Assembly (NCBI GenBank): GCA_048941285.1
Contig: JBHLNS010000001.1
Coordinates: 1 to 64,000, forward strand
Reading direction: 5' to 3'
Length of the DNA: 64,000 nt
DNA from: Promethearchaeota archaeon
GTDB lineage: Archaea > Asgardarchaeota > Lokiarchaeia > Sigyniarchaeales > SOKP01
Shown here: piece after piece, positions 41,392 through 51,189 of the stretch
Layout of the letters: each line of letters begins with the position of its first letter
Position numbering within the stretch: the stretch's first letter is position 1
The notes under the pieces: generated by a model
Databases searched by the model: none
What the model was told of the DNA's origin: nothing
The model's input: the letters and a program-made list of their open reading frames with translations, nothing else
Program-made: the position numbers and the translations under genes

Positions 41392-42387
41392 GTGCATCAT
41401 GTAAAAATAAATGAACTAGGAAGGCAAATAATTGAAGCTATCATAGATAATAGAGATTATTATAATGCAGAGGTCCATAAATTAGATAATGGGTCGACCG
41501 TTCTTGATATGTCCAAAGCATCATGGATTGGAGGCAAACTAGTGGGAGAAATTTGTATGGGAGGATTAGGGACAATTGAATTTTCTTCATATAATTTAGA
41601 GAGATATTTCATACCTAGCGTTAATGTTTATACTTCGGAACCAGTTATATCGTGTATGGCTTCCCAATTAGCAGGATGGAGCGTTAAATTAAAAAAAGAA
41701 GTAGAAAAAGAGGGGCAAATAAAGAAAAAAGTAGTTTTTCAATCTTTAGGTTCTGGACCCGCTCGGGCTAAAAGTAAAGTGGAGAAGATATTTGATGCAT
41801 TGGATTATACTGATGAATCAAATTGCGCAGTAATTGTTTTTGAGACTCCAAAATTGCCAAATGAAGAAGTTATGGATCTTGTAGCTAGAAAATGTGGTGT
41901 TGATTCAAATGAAACTTATGCTGTTTGTGCTCCGACAGCTAGTTTAGTTGGATCTATTCAAGTAGCTGCTAGAATTGTAGAAACTGGAATCCATAAACTG
42001 CATGAGATTAAATTTCCTATAAACTTAATATGTGACGGTTTTGGTACTGCCCCCATTGCTCCTATTGCTCAAGATGATCTTGGTGCTATGGGTCGTACAA
42101 ACGATTCAATAAATGCCGCTGGTTTAACATATTATAATGTTAAAATTGAAAAAGAAAAAGAAGTAGAATTATTTGAACTTCTTAAAAAAGCACCTGCTAG
42201 TACATCCTCTAGCTACGGAAAACCCTTTTTGGAAACATTTAAAGCTGCAGATTATAATTTCTATAATATAGATCCCGGATTATTTGCTCCAGCAATATAT
42301 ACTGTCACCAATATCATAACTGGTAAATGCATTACTGTTGGAAAAATAAATAATGAACTTTTAAAACAATCTTACGGATTGGATTAA
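41392..42387 (+). CDS. mch: Methenyltetrahydromethanopterin cyclohydrolase
   Basis: EICMGGLG, SQLAGW, GSGPARA, TASLVGSIQVAARIVE, AMGRTND, SYGKPF, IDPGLFAPA. Confidence 0.96.
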   Translation: MHHVKINELGRQIIEAIIDNRDYYNAEVHKLDNGSTVLDMSKASWIGGKLVGEICMGGLGTIEFSSYNLERYFIPSVNVYTSEPVISCMASQLAGWSVKLKKEVEKEGQIKKKVVFQSLGSGPARAKSKVEKIFDALDYTDESNCAVIVFETPKLPNEEVMDLVARKCGVDSNETYAVCAPTASLVGSIQVAARIVETGIHKLHEIKFPINLICDGFGTAPIAPIAQDDLGAMGRTNDSINAAGLTYYNVKIEKEKEVELFELLKKAPASTSSSYGKPFLETFKAADYNFYNIDPGLFAPAIYTVTNIITGKCITVGKINNELLKQSYGLD

Positions 42388-42470
42388 AAATAAGCAAAAA
42401 AGTTTAAAGAAAATATAATCATTTTATTTATTTCTTAATTTTCAAGATTCTTAATGAATAAAGAAACAAA

Positions 42471-43538
42471 TTACATGTTCATGAGTTCTTCTTCATATTT
42501 AATAATTTCATCATTAGAGATATCTCTGTCAAATTTTATCTTTTTATGAATCCCTAAATATGCACATGCAAGTTTAGCTGCAGCAGCAACTTCTGCTTTC
42601 TTAAGTGTTATTGAGTATTCATCTTGTTGAATAGGATCTTCTTGATAAAGATTTTCTTGGAAATTTTTATCATGAATTCGAAGAGTTCTTTCATTTTTCA
42701 TTTTATATAACAATGAAGCCATTTTATTTGCGACTTTAAAAGGTAATTGATTTTTAACTACCAATCGTATAATATTATTTACATCAAAATAATTGAGAGT
42801 CTCAAATTTAGCCCTCAGAAAGCTTTTAAGATTTTCGGAATTTCTTTCACATTCAATTTCCATCCAGTCATGTATAGCAAGTTTTCTTCTGAAAAATATT
42901 AATTCCCAATCTATATTCAATTCTTTTAATAACTCAAAAATCATATCATCATTTGATTTTCTTGATTCGATGATCATATAAAGCTGAAGTCCATAGTACT
43001 TATGTTCTTGTTGAAGAAAAAACCCTCTCTGTTGCATAGAAGAGAGGATTAAGACCTTTATAGAATAAACATTTTCTGAGAGATTCTTTTTCCCACAATT
43101 AAGATATATAACATTACCCTCTTCACTAATAAATTCACTATCTAAAAAACCTAAAATTCCCTCTTTGTTATCCTTGATGAAATCCCTTAATCCACTAAGC
43201 GTTGGTTTCACATCAAATTTAATCAAATCATTTTCTCCAACGGTCACATAATCATGGAAATTACTCCCAATTGCTAGTTTGATTGAATTCAGTTTCAGTT
43301 CTTTGTCACTGCCAAATACTCTCTGAAATGCATCATTTATCGGGAAAATCTCTTCTTCTAGTATTTTGATTTCTGCTATGGAACTCTCATAAGGTTCCGG
43401 TTCATTTAGCAATTTATTCAATATTGGTGCTTCAGAAGCATCCACTTCGATTTCATAGGATTTTGCTAGATCTTTACGAATAATAAAGAAAGCTCTATTC
43501 TTTTTATTATAAATTGACAGCGATAGGTGATCATTCAA
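42471..43538 (-). CDS. Hypothetical protein (frame open about 24 codons further upstream without a canonical start)
   Basis: 355-aa ORF with protein-like composition and no motif recognised. Confidence 0.65.
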   Translation of the reverse strand: MNDHLSLSIYNKKNRAFFIIRKDLAKSYEIEVDASEAPILNKLLNEPEPYESSIAEIKILEEEIFPINDAFQRVFGSDKELKLNSIKLAIGSNFHDYVTVGENDLIKFDVKPTLSGLRDFIKDNKEGILGFLDSEFISEEGNVIYLNCGKKNLSENVYSIKVLILSSMQQRGFFLQQEHKYYGLQLYMIIESRKSNDDMIFELLKELNIDWELIFFRRKLAIHDWMEIECERNSENLKSFLRAKFETLNYFDVNNIIRLVVKNQLPFKVANKMASLLYKMKNERTLRIHDKNFQENLYQEDPIQQDEYSITLKKAEVAAAAKLACAYLGIHKKIKFDRDISNDEIIKYEEELMNM

Positions 43539-43794
43539 TACTGCACGGAATTTTTCTATAAATTTACTTTCTGTATTATCAGACCCAATCCTTCTTCTTC
43601 GAATTATATATCATCTAAAAGTTGTTAAAACTATCTTATCTATATTAATTAATTTATAAACTTTTTATCTTAAATTCTTATCTAAAATGTATTATAAGAT
43701 TTTTAATTATTTATTAATAAATAAAACACATTGAAGGGAAAGTAATTTTTTAAGATAAAATCAATTTTTAAACATAATTAAAATCATACACATA

Positions 43795-43971
43795 TTATAT
43801 TTCTTCTTCTAAATAATAAAAGTCTCTCTTCTTAACATATATGATTGTAGAACCAAAGTTATTACGGATAGTGTATTTATCTCCTTGAACATCTAAAATT
43901 TCTATAGAATAAGATAATCTTCTTTGTTTCATTATGTCCTCAATAATTTTTTTTTCTTCTTTTGCGTCCAT
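43795..43971 (-). CDS. Small hypothetical protein (58 aa), not in the ORF track
   Basis: MDAKEEKKIIEDIMNKERLSYSIEILDVQGDKYTIRNNFGSTIIYVKKRDFYYLEEEI; ATG start, helix-then-beta-strand pattern. Confidence 0.6.
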   Translation of the reverse strand: MDAKEEKKIIEDIMKQRRLSYSIEILDVQGDKYTIRNNFGSTIIYVKKRDFYYLEEEI

Positions 43972-44455
43972 GATTTTGAGTTATTAAACACTGCAAAAAA
44001 AATTTATCGTTTTAATTGGTAATAAAAAAATGATTTGATACATATATCAGCGTTATGGTTTGATATAAATTAATAATGGATATCAAATTAAAATTATAAG
44101 ATTATTTTAGGTATACTTAATAATTGTCAATTAATATTCAATAAAAAAAGGGAGTAAATTATTGAAAAGGGAACCAAAGGATCGAAGGATGGTTGGTTAC
44201 ACACATCTCTTACTCATTTTTAATATAAAAGAAGATTAAATTATCCGATTTATCCTTTGAAGTATTAATATATAATCTTGAAAAATGTGTGACGAAAAGC
44301 TCGTTCAGTCAAAATCTATTTATTTATTTCAACTTTGGGTATTTTTAAATTTATACAATATGGTTTAAAGTTAATAATTTCAATTTTATGGTTTATTTAC
44401 CTTATTAAAAAATCGAATTTTTTTTATTAAATCATACATATTTTTATATATTAAA

Positions 44456-44482
44456 AAACATGTTTATATAAAACACATGTTT
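44456..44482. promoter_or_regulatory. TATA-like box (TTTATATA) bracketed by an AAACATGT/ACATGTTT inverted repeat
   Basis: AAACATGTTTATATAAAACACATGTTT, about 55 bp upstream of the GT4 ATG. Confidence 0.45.
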
Positions 44483-44534
44483 CTTTAACTAAAAGAATCA
44501 TCTCAAAGCCTTATTCTTTTATGTCTGATATAAT

Positions 44535-45785
44535 ATGGTTAAACAGAAATTAGATATTGGTTTTTTCACTTCAATGTATTCACAGGTTAATGGTACCGCC
44601 ATTGCGTGTAGAAATCTTGCTGAAGGAATAGCAAAATATACAGGACATAATGTTCATGTTTTCGCACCCGGTATTCAAAAACCTAAAATCAAACCAAATA
44701 ATCTACATCTCTACAATTTTTTTGGAGCTAAAATTGGTCCCAAAACTGGTTTTGTATTAAGTTTTCCGATACACAGATATTTTTTCTGTTCCCATGATTA
44801 TCTAGATATGGCACATATCCATACACACGCCAGTTATGGATCTATGGCAATTAATTGGGCAAAATATCTGGGAATCCCGATGGTTGGAACTCACAATTCT
44901 CCTCTTAGCTTTTATACAGCGCAATATATTCCTGTTTTTGGTAAACTTCTTTCAAGAATGGATTGGGTATGGCGCTATGAAAGACATATATTAGATAAAT
45001 ATGATCTTGTCTCGGTTCCAACAAGATCTAAAAAAGATTTACTACGGGAACAAAGATTTAAAGAGCCAATAATATGTTTAACCAATGGTATTTCAGATTT
45101 ATATTTTAAAGACGTTAAAGAAAATGGAATAAGAGATAAATATAATTTAGATAGTAAAAAAATTCTTTTATATGCATCTAGGTTATCTCCTGAGAAACAT
45201 CAATTAAGTATTATTAAAACATTTAGAAAAATTCAAAAAGAAGTTCCCGATACTCATTTGGTTCTTGTTGGAAGTGATGGGCCTTCCAGTTCCCATGTTA
45301 AAAAATTAATAAAGAAGAGATACTATAATGATAGTGTTTCATACTTAGGTCGTGTACCTTTCATAGATTTATTAAAATTGTATAATACAGCTGATTTAGC
45401 CTGCCTTTGGTCATGGATTGAAGCGGAAGGATTAGTTTTAATCGAGGCTATGGCACAAGGAACACCTTGCATAGGGGCAAATGCTGTTGGAATTTCAAAT
45501 GTAATTAGACATGGTAAAACAGGATACCTTGCCAATGATCTTGATGATTTTAAGAATAAAGCGATAGGTTTATTTAAGGATGACGATTTACGAGCAGAAA
45601 TGGGAATGAATTCAAAAATGCTTGCACAAAACTATAGAATTAGCAAAGTTGCTAAAACTTGGGTTAAGCTTTATAAATTTATAATAAATGAACTTTACCC
45701 CTTACGTTATTATAAAAAAGAAAGAAAAGAAAGAGTTGAGCTGGTAAAAGAATTTATTCACAAATTACCTATCGTATCATTCTAA
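44535..45785 (+). CDS. GT4-family (GT-B) glycosyltransferase
   Basis: QVNG, HIHT, NGI, SRLSPEK, EAEGLVLIEAMAQGTP (E-x7-E). Confidence 0.9.
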   Translation: MVKQKLDIGFFTSMYSQVNGTAIACRNLAEGIAKYTGHNVHVFAPGIQKPKIKPNNLHLYNFFGAKIGPKTGFVLSFPIHRYFFCSHDYLDMAHIHTHASYGSMAINWAKYLGIPMVGTHNSPLSFYTAQYIPVFGKLLSRMDWVWRYERHILDKYDLVSVPTRSKKDLLREQRFKEPIICLTNGISDLYFKDVKENGIRDKYNLDSKKILLYASRLSPEKHQLSIIKTFRKIQKEVPDTHLVLVGSDGPSSSHVKKLIKKRYYNDSVSYLGRVPFIDLLKLYNTADLACLWSWIEAEGLVLIEAMAQGTPCIGANAVGISNVIRHGKTGYLANDLDDFKNKAIGLFKDDDLRAEMGMNSKMLAQNYRISKVAKTWVKLYKFIINELYPLRYYKKERKERVELVKEFIHKLPIVSF

Positions 45786-45791
45786 CTACTC

Positions 45792-46538
45792 TTAGAAATT
45801 ATATTGTACTCTAATCTGTTCAAATTTTAATTTGCAATTATCGCAAAAATCAAATGATTTTTTGTCAATATTATTTATATGATGAGAAAATGTCATAACA
45901 CATGAATCTGTTTGACAATGATCTGGACCTAATATTATGTGTCCAATTTCATGAATAACCTCTTTTATAACACGTAACTCAAAAATTTCAAAATTTGGCA
46001 TTTTATTATAAAATTCTTCTTTTAGCTTTAATGACGAAACAACACAACAGCGATGTTTCAAATGTGTTTCTCCAAATAAGAATATAATATTATCATCATT
46101 ACTAGAATATAAAGGAAGATCAGTAACTGCAACAACCATACCAAGGTTTTCTTCTATTCTTTTGTTGATTAAAATCTGGTAAAACTTATTAGTAGGATGT
46201 ATTTTAATTTTGCCTGAAGACCTTTTCATTTCCTTAAATTCTGTCTTAACACCTTTAGAAACTAGATCTAAAGAAAATTTATAATTTCCAAGATTTCTAA
46301 TAGAAAAAAAAAATGAATCATATACTTGATTTAAAAAATATTTTATTTGTTCAAAAAGAGCTTTGTTATAGTCTCCAAAAAAAAGAAAACCTATATGGCA
46401 TGGCAATGAAAACTTCTCTGGTATCTCATTATTTAATTCAAATTCGCTATTATAAGATATTCCTATTCTTGTAATTAAATTTTTTAATTTATCTTTATAT
46501 TTGCGAATTTTTTGCTCATATTTTTGAAAGCTTGGCAT
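45792..46538 (-). CDS. Archaemetzincin (peptidase M54) zinc metalloprotease, variant motif
   Basis: FLFGE, VVSS, KEVIHEIGHIILGPDHC-x4-CVM...FCDNC. Confidence 0.85.
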   Translation of the reverse strand: MPSFQKYEQKIRKYKDKLKNLITRIGISYNSEFELNNEIPEKFSLPCHIGFLFFGDYNKALFEQIKYFLNQVYDSFFFSIRNLGNYKFSLDLVSKGVKTEFKEMKRSSGKIKIHPTNKFYQILINKRIEENLGMVVAVTDLPLYSSNDDNIIFLFGETHLKHRCCVVSSLKLKEEFYNKMPNFEIFELRVIKEVIHEIGHIILGPDHCQTDSCVMTFSHHINNIDKKSFDFCDNCKLKFEQIRVQYNF

Positions 46539-46690
46539 TACTAGACTTTTAAAAGATTCTTTCTATAAGAATTTTCTTTCATTCAACAAAACTGAAATAG
46601 TGGGTTTAAAATTATTATTAATAGGTATTTAAGTTATAGATTCTATTATAAATTAGGATAATTATTTTTTAAAATCAATTTTATGTAGAT

Positions 46691-47740
46691 ATGACAGATC
46701 TAATAGACAATTCAGAGATAAATGACCAAAAAAAAGAATATTCTAAAAATTCTGAAAATAACCTAGAAGATGATAAAGAGGTTATTCAAAAAGATTTCAT
46801 TCCTCACTTTTTTCCAACTTATAGAATTAAAAGAAATTTTTACCCTATACCAATAATTCTCGTAATTGCTATCTCTGCAATACTAGCTTATTTAACATAT
46901 GTTGAAGCTGGAATTCAAATAGATGGAGGATACATTCCAGAAAGTGAATATGGTGTTCTAGGAGGAATTTTAAATGGCTTAATTTACACGGCATTAGCGG
47001 GAATTTCTGCTTTTATAATAGTTTTCATAATTAAGAAGAAAGGTATTGGTGTATTAATGTATATTTTTGGTTTTAGTTTTGGGTTAATAGGATTTTTCCA
47101 AACATGGTTTTTTGGCCAAATTATTATATATTTATTGTTTTTAAATTCACCAAATTTATTCTACTTATTTTATTATGAATTGATTTTCCTAGCAGCTTTT
47201 TTTACAATTCTTATGTTATATTTATATTTTACTTCAAAATCGATTAAAACAAAAAATTTTATAGTTTTATATATAGGGTTATTAATTGGAGCATCTATGG
47301 GGGTTTTAATGCCCCTTTGGACTACAATGGCCATTTTAATTGGAATTTCCTGCTGGGATATTTTCGCTGTGTTATATAAACACGGGCCAATCAAACAATT
47401 AATAGATATTGCATCAAGTCCAGAAGAAGAAGCTGTTTTCTCAGAACAAGAATTACAGCAAAAGATAAAAACAGGAGAATATAAGTATGATACTTCAAAA
47501 TTAGAAATTGGAATAGGAGATTTAGCATTTTATAGCATGCTAACTTCTAGTGCCCTAATTCAGACTAATAATTTAATAGTTATGATTCTAACTGCATTTG
47601 CTACAATTTTGGGTACCGGAATTACTATTTCCGGGTTAAAGCGAAATAAAATTCTCCCTGGGCTACCCATTTCGATTTTTTTAGGAATTGGAACTATGCT
47701 ACTTTCATGGTTTATAATTTCAACTTTTCCCTTTAGTTAA
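46691..47740 (+). CDS. Presenilin-family intramembrane aspartyl protease (A22)
   Basis: WDIFAV..GPIK (YD/WD motif), EIGIGDLAFYSML (GxGD), LPGLPIS (PAL-like); about nine TM helices. Confidence 0.9.
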   Translation: MTDLIDNSEINDQKKEYSKNSENNLEDDKEVIQKDFIPHFFPTYRIKRNFYPIPIILVIAISAILAYLTYVEAGIQIDGGYIPESEYGVLGGILNGLIYTALAGISAFIIVFIIKKKGIGVLMYIFGFSFGLIGFFQTWFFGQIIIYLLFLNSPNLFYLFYYELIFLAAFFTILMLYLYFTSKSIKTKNFIVLYIGLLIGASMGVLMPLWTTMAILIGISCWDIFAVLYKHGPIKQLIDIASSPEEEAVFSEQELQQKIKTGEYKYDTSKLEIGIGDLAFYSMLTSSALIQTNNLIVMILTAFATILGTGITISGLKRNKILPGLPISIFLGIGTMLLSWFIISTFPFS

Positions 47741-47766
47741 AATTATATTTTTTTTTATAAATTACC

Positions 47767-49005
47767 TTGAATTTATACTTAATAGAATTTAATACAGTAA
47801 AAGTGATTCGAAAGATGAATTTTTCCACCCTCAATATTGATAAAATTGCTGTGATTGGAGCTGGAACTATGGGCCATGAAATTGCTCAAGTAGCTTTAAT
47901 GGGAGGATTCAAATCTGTTATACTAAATGATTTAAGTAGTGAAATACTCAAAAATGCCGTAAAGAAAATTCAAAGTGGTTTGCAGAAATTAGAAACTAGA
48001 GGGCAGTTAAAAGAAGAATATTCAACTTCCTCTCTTATGCAAAATCTTAAACCAGAAATAGATCTAAAGAAAACCGTTTCTCATGCTGATTTTATTTTTG
48101 AAGCAATTCCCGAAAAAATGAATATCAAACAAGATCTTTTCCAAAAATTAGGAAATTTTTCTCCTAAACACGCAATTTTAGCAACAAATACGTCAACTAT
48201 GAGCATAACTAACATTGCATCTTTATCAGGAAGACCAGATAAAGTTATCGGTTGCCATTTTTTTACTCCAATAGTAGTACTTAGATTAATTGAAATCATA
48301 AAAGGGAGAGATACTTCAGAAGAAACCGTTGAAATTACTAAAAATGTTTGTTACCAATTACCAGCTATCAAAGGAAGAAGATTATTACCAGTACTTCAAA
48401 AGGAGAGTCCAGGATTTATTGTAAATCGGTTAATGTTAGGAACAAGTGCTTATATAAATTGGCTTCTTGATTATGCGATAAAGGAAGGCATACCCCTAGA
48501 AAATTTAGATGCTGATGTAAAAGAAGTAATGAAGATTGGCCCAATAGCTAAATGGGATTATTTAGGTCTAGACGTGATTTATAACACTTTAAAATATTTT
48601 GAAACCGTTGTTTCTACGGACTTTGCTCCAGGAAAAACTCTTTCAAAATTAGTAAATGAAGGAAAATTAGGTAGAAAAACTGGAGAAGGCCTTTTTAGAT
48701 GGATTGGAGGTAAACCAAAAATAAATTTAGATACTAAAGCAGGAATTCTTGATTTAGAACTTTTTATGGCAATTCAATTGAATGAGGGATGTAAACTTTT
48801 AGAGGAGGGAATTGTATCGGGATATAAAATTATTGATGATACAATGCTAGCTGGAATGGATTTGCCTGGACCATTTAGTATGGGGAAAAAGAAATATGAA
48901 AAATGGGTTAAATTACTGGAAGACTTTGTTAAGCAGTCAAATTTACTTTATCTTAAGCCTTGCAATTTAATGAAATCTGGAAAATTCATTCAAATGCGAA
49001 AATAA
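47767..49005 (+). CDS. 3-hydroxyacyl-CoA dehydrogenase
   Basis: VIGAGTMG, EAIPE, ATNTST, GCHFF, PGFIVNR, LGRKTGEG; start probably ATG 47815. Confidence 0.92.
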   Translation: MNLYLIEFNTVKVIRKMNFSTLNIDKIAVIGAGTMGHEIAQVALMGGFKSVILNDLSSEILKNAVKKIQSGLQKLETRGQLKEEYSTSSLMQNLKPEIDLKKTVSHADFIFEAIPEKMNIKQDLFQKLGNFSPKHAILATNTSTMSITNIASLSGRPDKVIGCHFFTPIVVLRLIEIIKGRDTSEETVEITKNVCYQLPAIKGRRLLPVLQKESPGFIVNRLMLGTSAYINWLLDYAIKEGIPLENLDADVKEVMKIGPIAKWDYLGLDVIYNTLKYFETVVSTDFAPGKTLSKLVNEGKLGRKTGEGLFRWIGGKPKINLDTKAGILDLELFMAIQLNEGCKLLEEGIVSGYKIIDDTMLAGMDLPGPFSMGKKKYEKWVKLLEDFVKQSNLLYLKPCNLMKSGKFIQMRK

Positions 49006-49150
49006 GAGCAAACTATTTTACTTTGATTATATATATTTTATAATTATCTATTCAGATATGACCCTATATAACAAATAATTTTAAATTATAACAGTGTTTA
49101 ATCTATATATTAGATTTATAGCATAAGCGTAAAGTGTAAAGAAAAACCTC

Positions 49151-49429
49151 ATGCCTGAAGAATGTGATAGCCCTAAATCGGGTTTTGATAAAATTATTGA
49201 TTATTTTAATAATTCACTTAAAATAAATCATCCGGTTGCTATTGCAGAAATTGTAGAGGAAACTGGGTTTTCTTGGAGTTTTGTGAAAAAAACTTTAAGT
49301 AAAATAAGTGAAAAATATGATGGATTCCATTTTGAAAAATCAGGTAGTACGTGGATCACTTGGAAAGATCGTGATCATTTGATAAAAAAACTTGATAATA
49401 CTTGTTCTCGGTTATTAGATGAAAGTTAG
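49151..49429 (+). CDS. Small winged-helix (HTH) protein
   Basis: IAEIVEETGFSWSFVKKTL HTH pattern followed by a beta wing (FEKSGSTWITW). Confidence 0.65.
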   Translation: MPEECDSPKSGFDKIIDYFNNSLKINHPVAIAEIVEETGFSWSFVKKTLSKISEKYDGFHFEKSGSTWITWKDRDHLIKKLDNTCSRLLDES

Positions 49430-49710
49430 AAATAAATAACTTCCAATTTTTGCGCTCAAATCTCTTTAATTTTATGAAAAAAGGATTTTATCAGTTTAAT
49501 TCCACTAAATTTACCTTAAAGATTAATCAAATGAGTAGATGGACTGAAATAATAATAAATGATTATAAGAGGAACTGATTTAGCTATTTAGGAATCTTTA
49601 AAACAAAGTTCATAAAATCGGAAAGAAATTTTTAAGGAAGAAGAAAATTTTAAAGTTGTTATCATTTATACAAATTTAGAATAATTAAGTTTATTTGGCA
49701 AAAGGGATTT

Positions 49711-50970
49711 ATGAAAAAAATAAAAAATATCTTATTTATTGTTGTAGATTGCTTAAGAGCGGATTATATTTATGATCCGAACAAAACTCATATTCCTAAC
49801 ATAAATGAACTCAAAACCAATGGCTTTTACTTTTTGAACACTATAACAACTACTTCTACAACAACACCCTCATTTTCTAGCTTACTGACAGGTCTCTATC
49901 CTTTTGAAAGTGGGGTGAGGAGTCACTCTGGTTATGCTTTAAATAAAAATGTCATTCCCTATCCTAAAATTTTAAAAAATAATGGATACTATACTTATGC
50001 TGAAGTAACCGGACCAGTAATTCAGAAAATTGGGTTGGATAAAGGTTTTGACGAATTTAATTACCGTGATAAAAATGAAACAATTCATAAGAATTGGGGA
50101 AAATTACTAATAAAGAAATTTATTTCTGAATACAAAGAACCATGGTTTGTTCTATTGCATATTTGGGCCCTCCATGAGCCTAGAATGGTTTTAACTCCTT
50201 TTAATAATGAAAAATATGGAGACACACTTTATGCTAGATCGATAGCTAGTATAGATAAATATTTAGGGGAACTTTTTAACGTTTTGAAAGAAAATACTCT
50301 AATAATTTTAACAGGCGACCATGGTGAACAAATTGAACATTCAATTATCGAAAGAAGAGTAAAAAGAACTATAGAGAAATTCATAAAAACCTTTAAAACC
50401 AATAATATTTTAAAAATTCCATATTCTAAAATAATCAGACCATTTCATATCGGTCATGGATATAGTATTTATGACGTATTAGTTAAAGTTCCATTAATAT
50501 TTTATGATAAAGAAACTATTCCTCATGGACAATCAAACGTACAAATAAGACACATTGATGTTTTTCCAACAATTTTAGATTTAGTTGAAATAAAGACCAA
50601 TAATGAAGTGTCTGGAAAAAGTTTAATCCCAATAATAGAAGGAAAAGATCTTTCACATAGGGATGCCTATCTAGAGGCGGTAGGGATAAATATTCCCAAA
50701 AAAGAAGATTGGTTAGTTGGGCTCCGTATTGCTAATAAATATAAATTTATCATGGCTCCATTTCTAAAAAATTTTAAAGAAGAATTATATTTATTAGAAA
50801 AAGATCCTCTTGAAAAACGAAATGTTGCTAACTATTACCCTCAATTAATTGAAAAGTTTAAAAAGAAAATTGAAAACTTAAAATATAAAGAATTAATTGG
50901 AGAAAGGTTGAAAAAAGAAGAGCAGGATAAAATTATCGATAGGTTAAGATCTTTAGGATATGTTGATTAA
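49711..50970 (+). CDS. Sulfatase-like / alkaline-phosphatase-superfamily hydrolase
   Basis: NILFIVVDCLRAD, TTPSFSSLLTG, HEP, TGDHGE, HG, DVFPT, DPLE..N, RLRSLGY. Confidence 0.88.
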   Translation: MKKIKNILFIVVDCLRADYIYDPNKTHIPNINELKTNGFYFLNTITTTSTTTPSFSSLLTGLYPFESGVRSHSGYALNKNVIPYPKILKNNGYYTYAEVTGPVIQKIGLDKGFDEFNYRDKNETIHKNWGKLLIKKFISEYKEPWFVLLHIWALHEPRMVLTPFNNEKYGDTLYARSIASIDKYLGELFNVLKENTLIILTGDHGEQIEHSIIERRVKRTIEKFIKTFKTNNILKIPYSKIIRPFHIGHGYSIYDVLVKVPLIFYDKETIPHGQSNVQIRHIDVFPTILDLVEIKTNNEVSGKSLIPIIEGKDLSHRDAYLEAVGINIPKKEDWLVGLRIANKYKFIMAPFLKNFKEELYLLEKDPLEKRNVANYYPQLIEKFKKKIENLKYKELIGERLKKEEQDKIIDRLRSLGYVD

Positions 50971-51189
50971 TTAATATCAATTAATTTCTCTATAGTTTTC
51001 AAATTTACATTTGAATTTACTTTTAAATCTTGAAAATCATTAAATTTATTTCAAATCTCCTTAATTGCAAAATCATTATTATAGATCTCAATAATTTGAA
51101 GAGTGTGAAATTTCATCCTATAATTATAACATCTTTAAATGACATGTATAATTCTATAATTCATTAATTAAAACAATACAATCAATTAC

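Noticed and set aside
49530-49684. Possible pseudogene fragment (MIIRGTDLAI*ESLKQSS*NRKEIFKEEENFKVVIIYTNLE)
   Set aside because: Multiple stops and no recognisable family; cannot be supported
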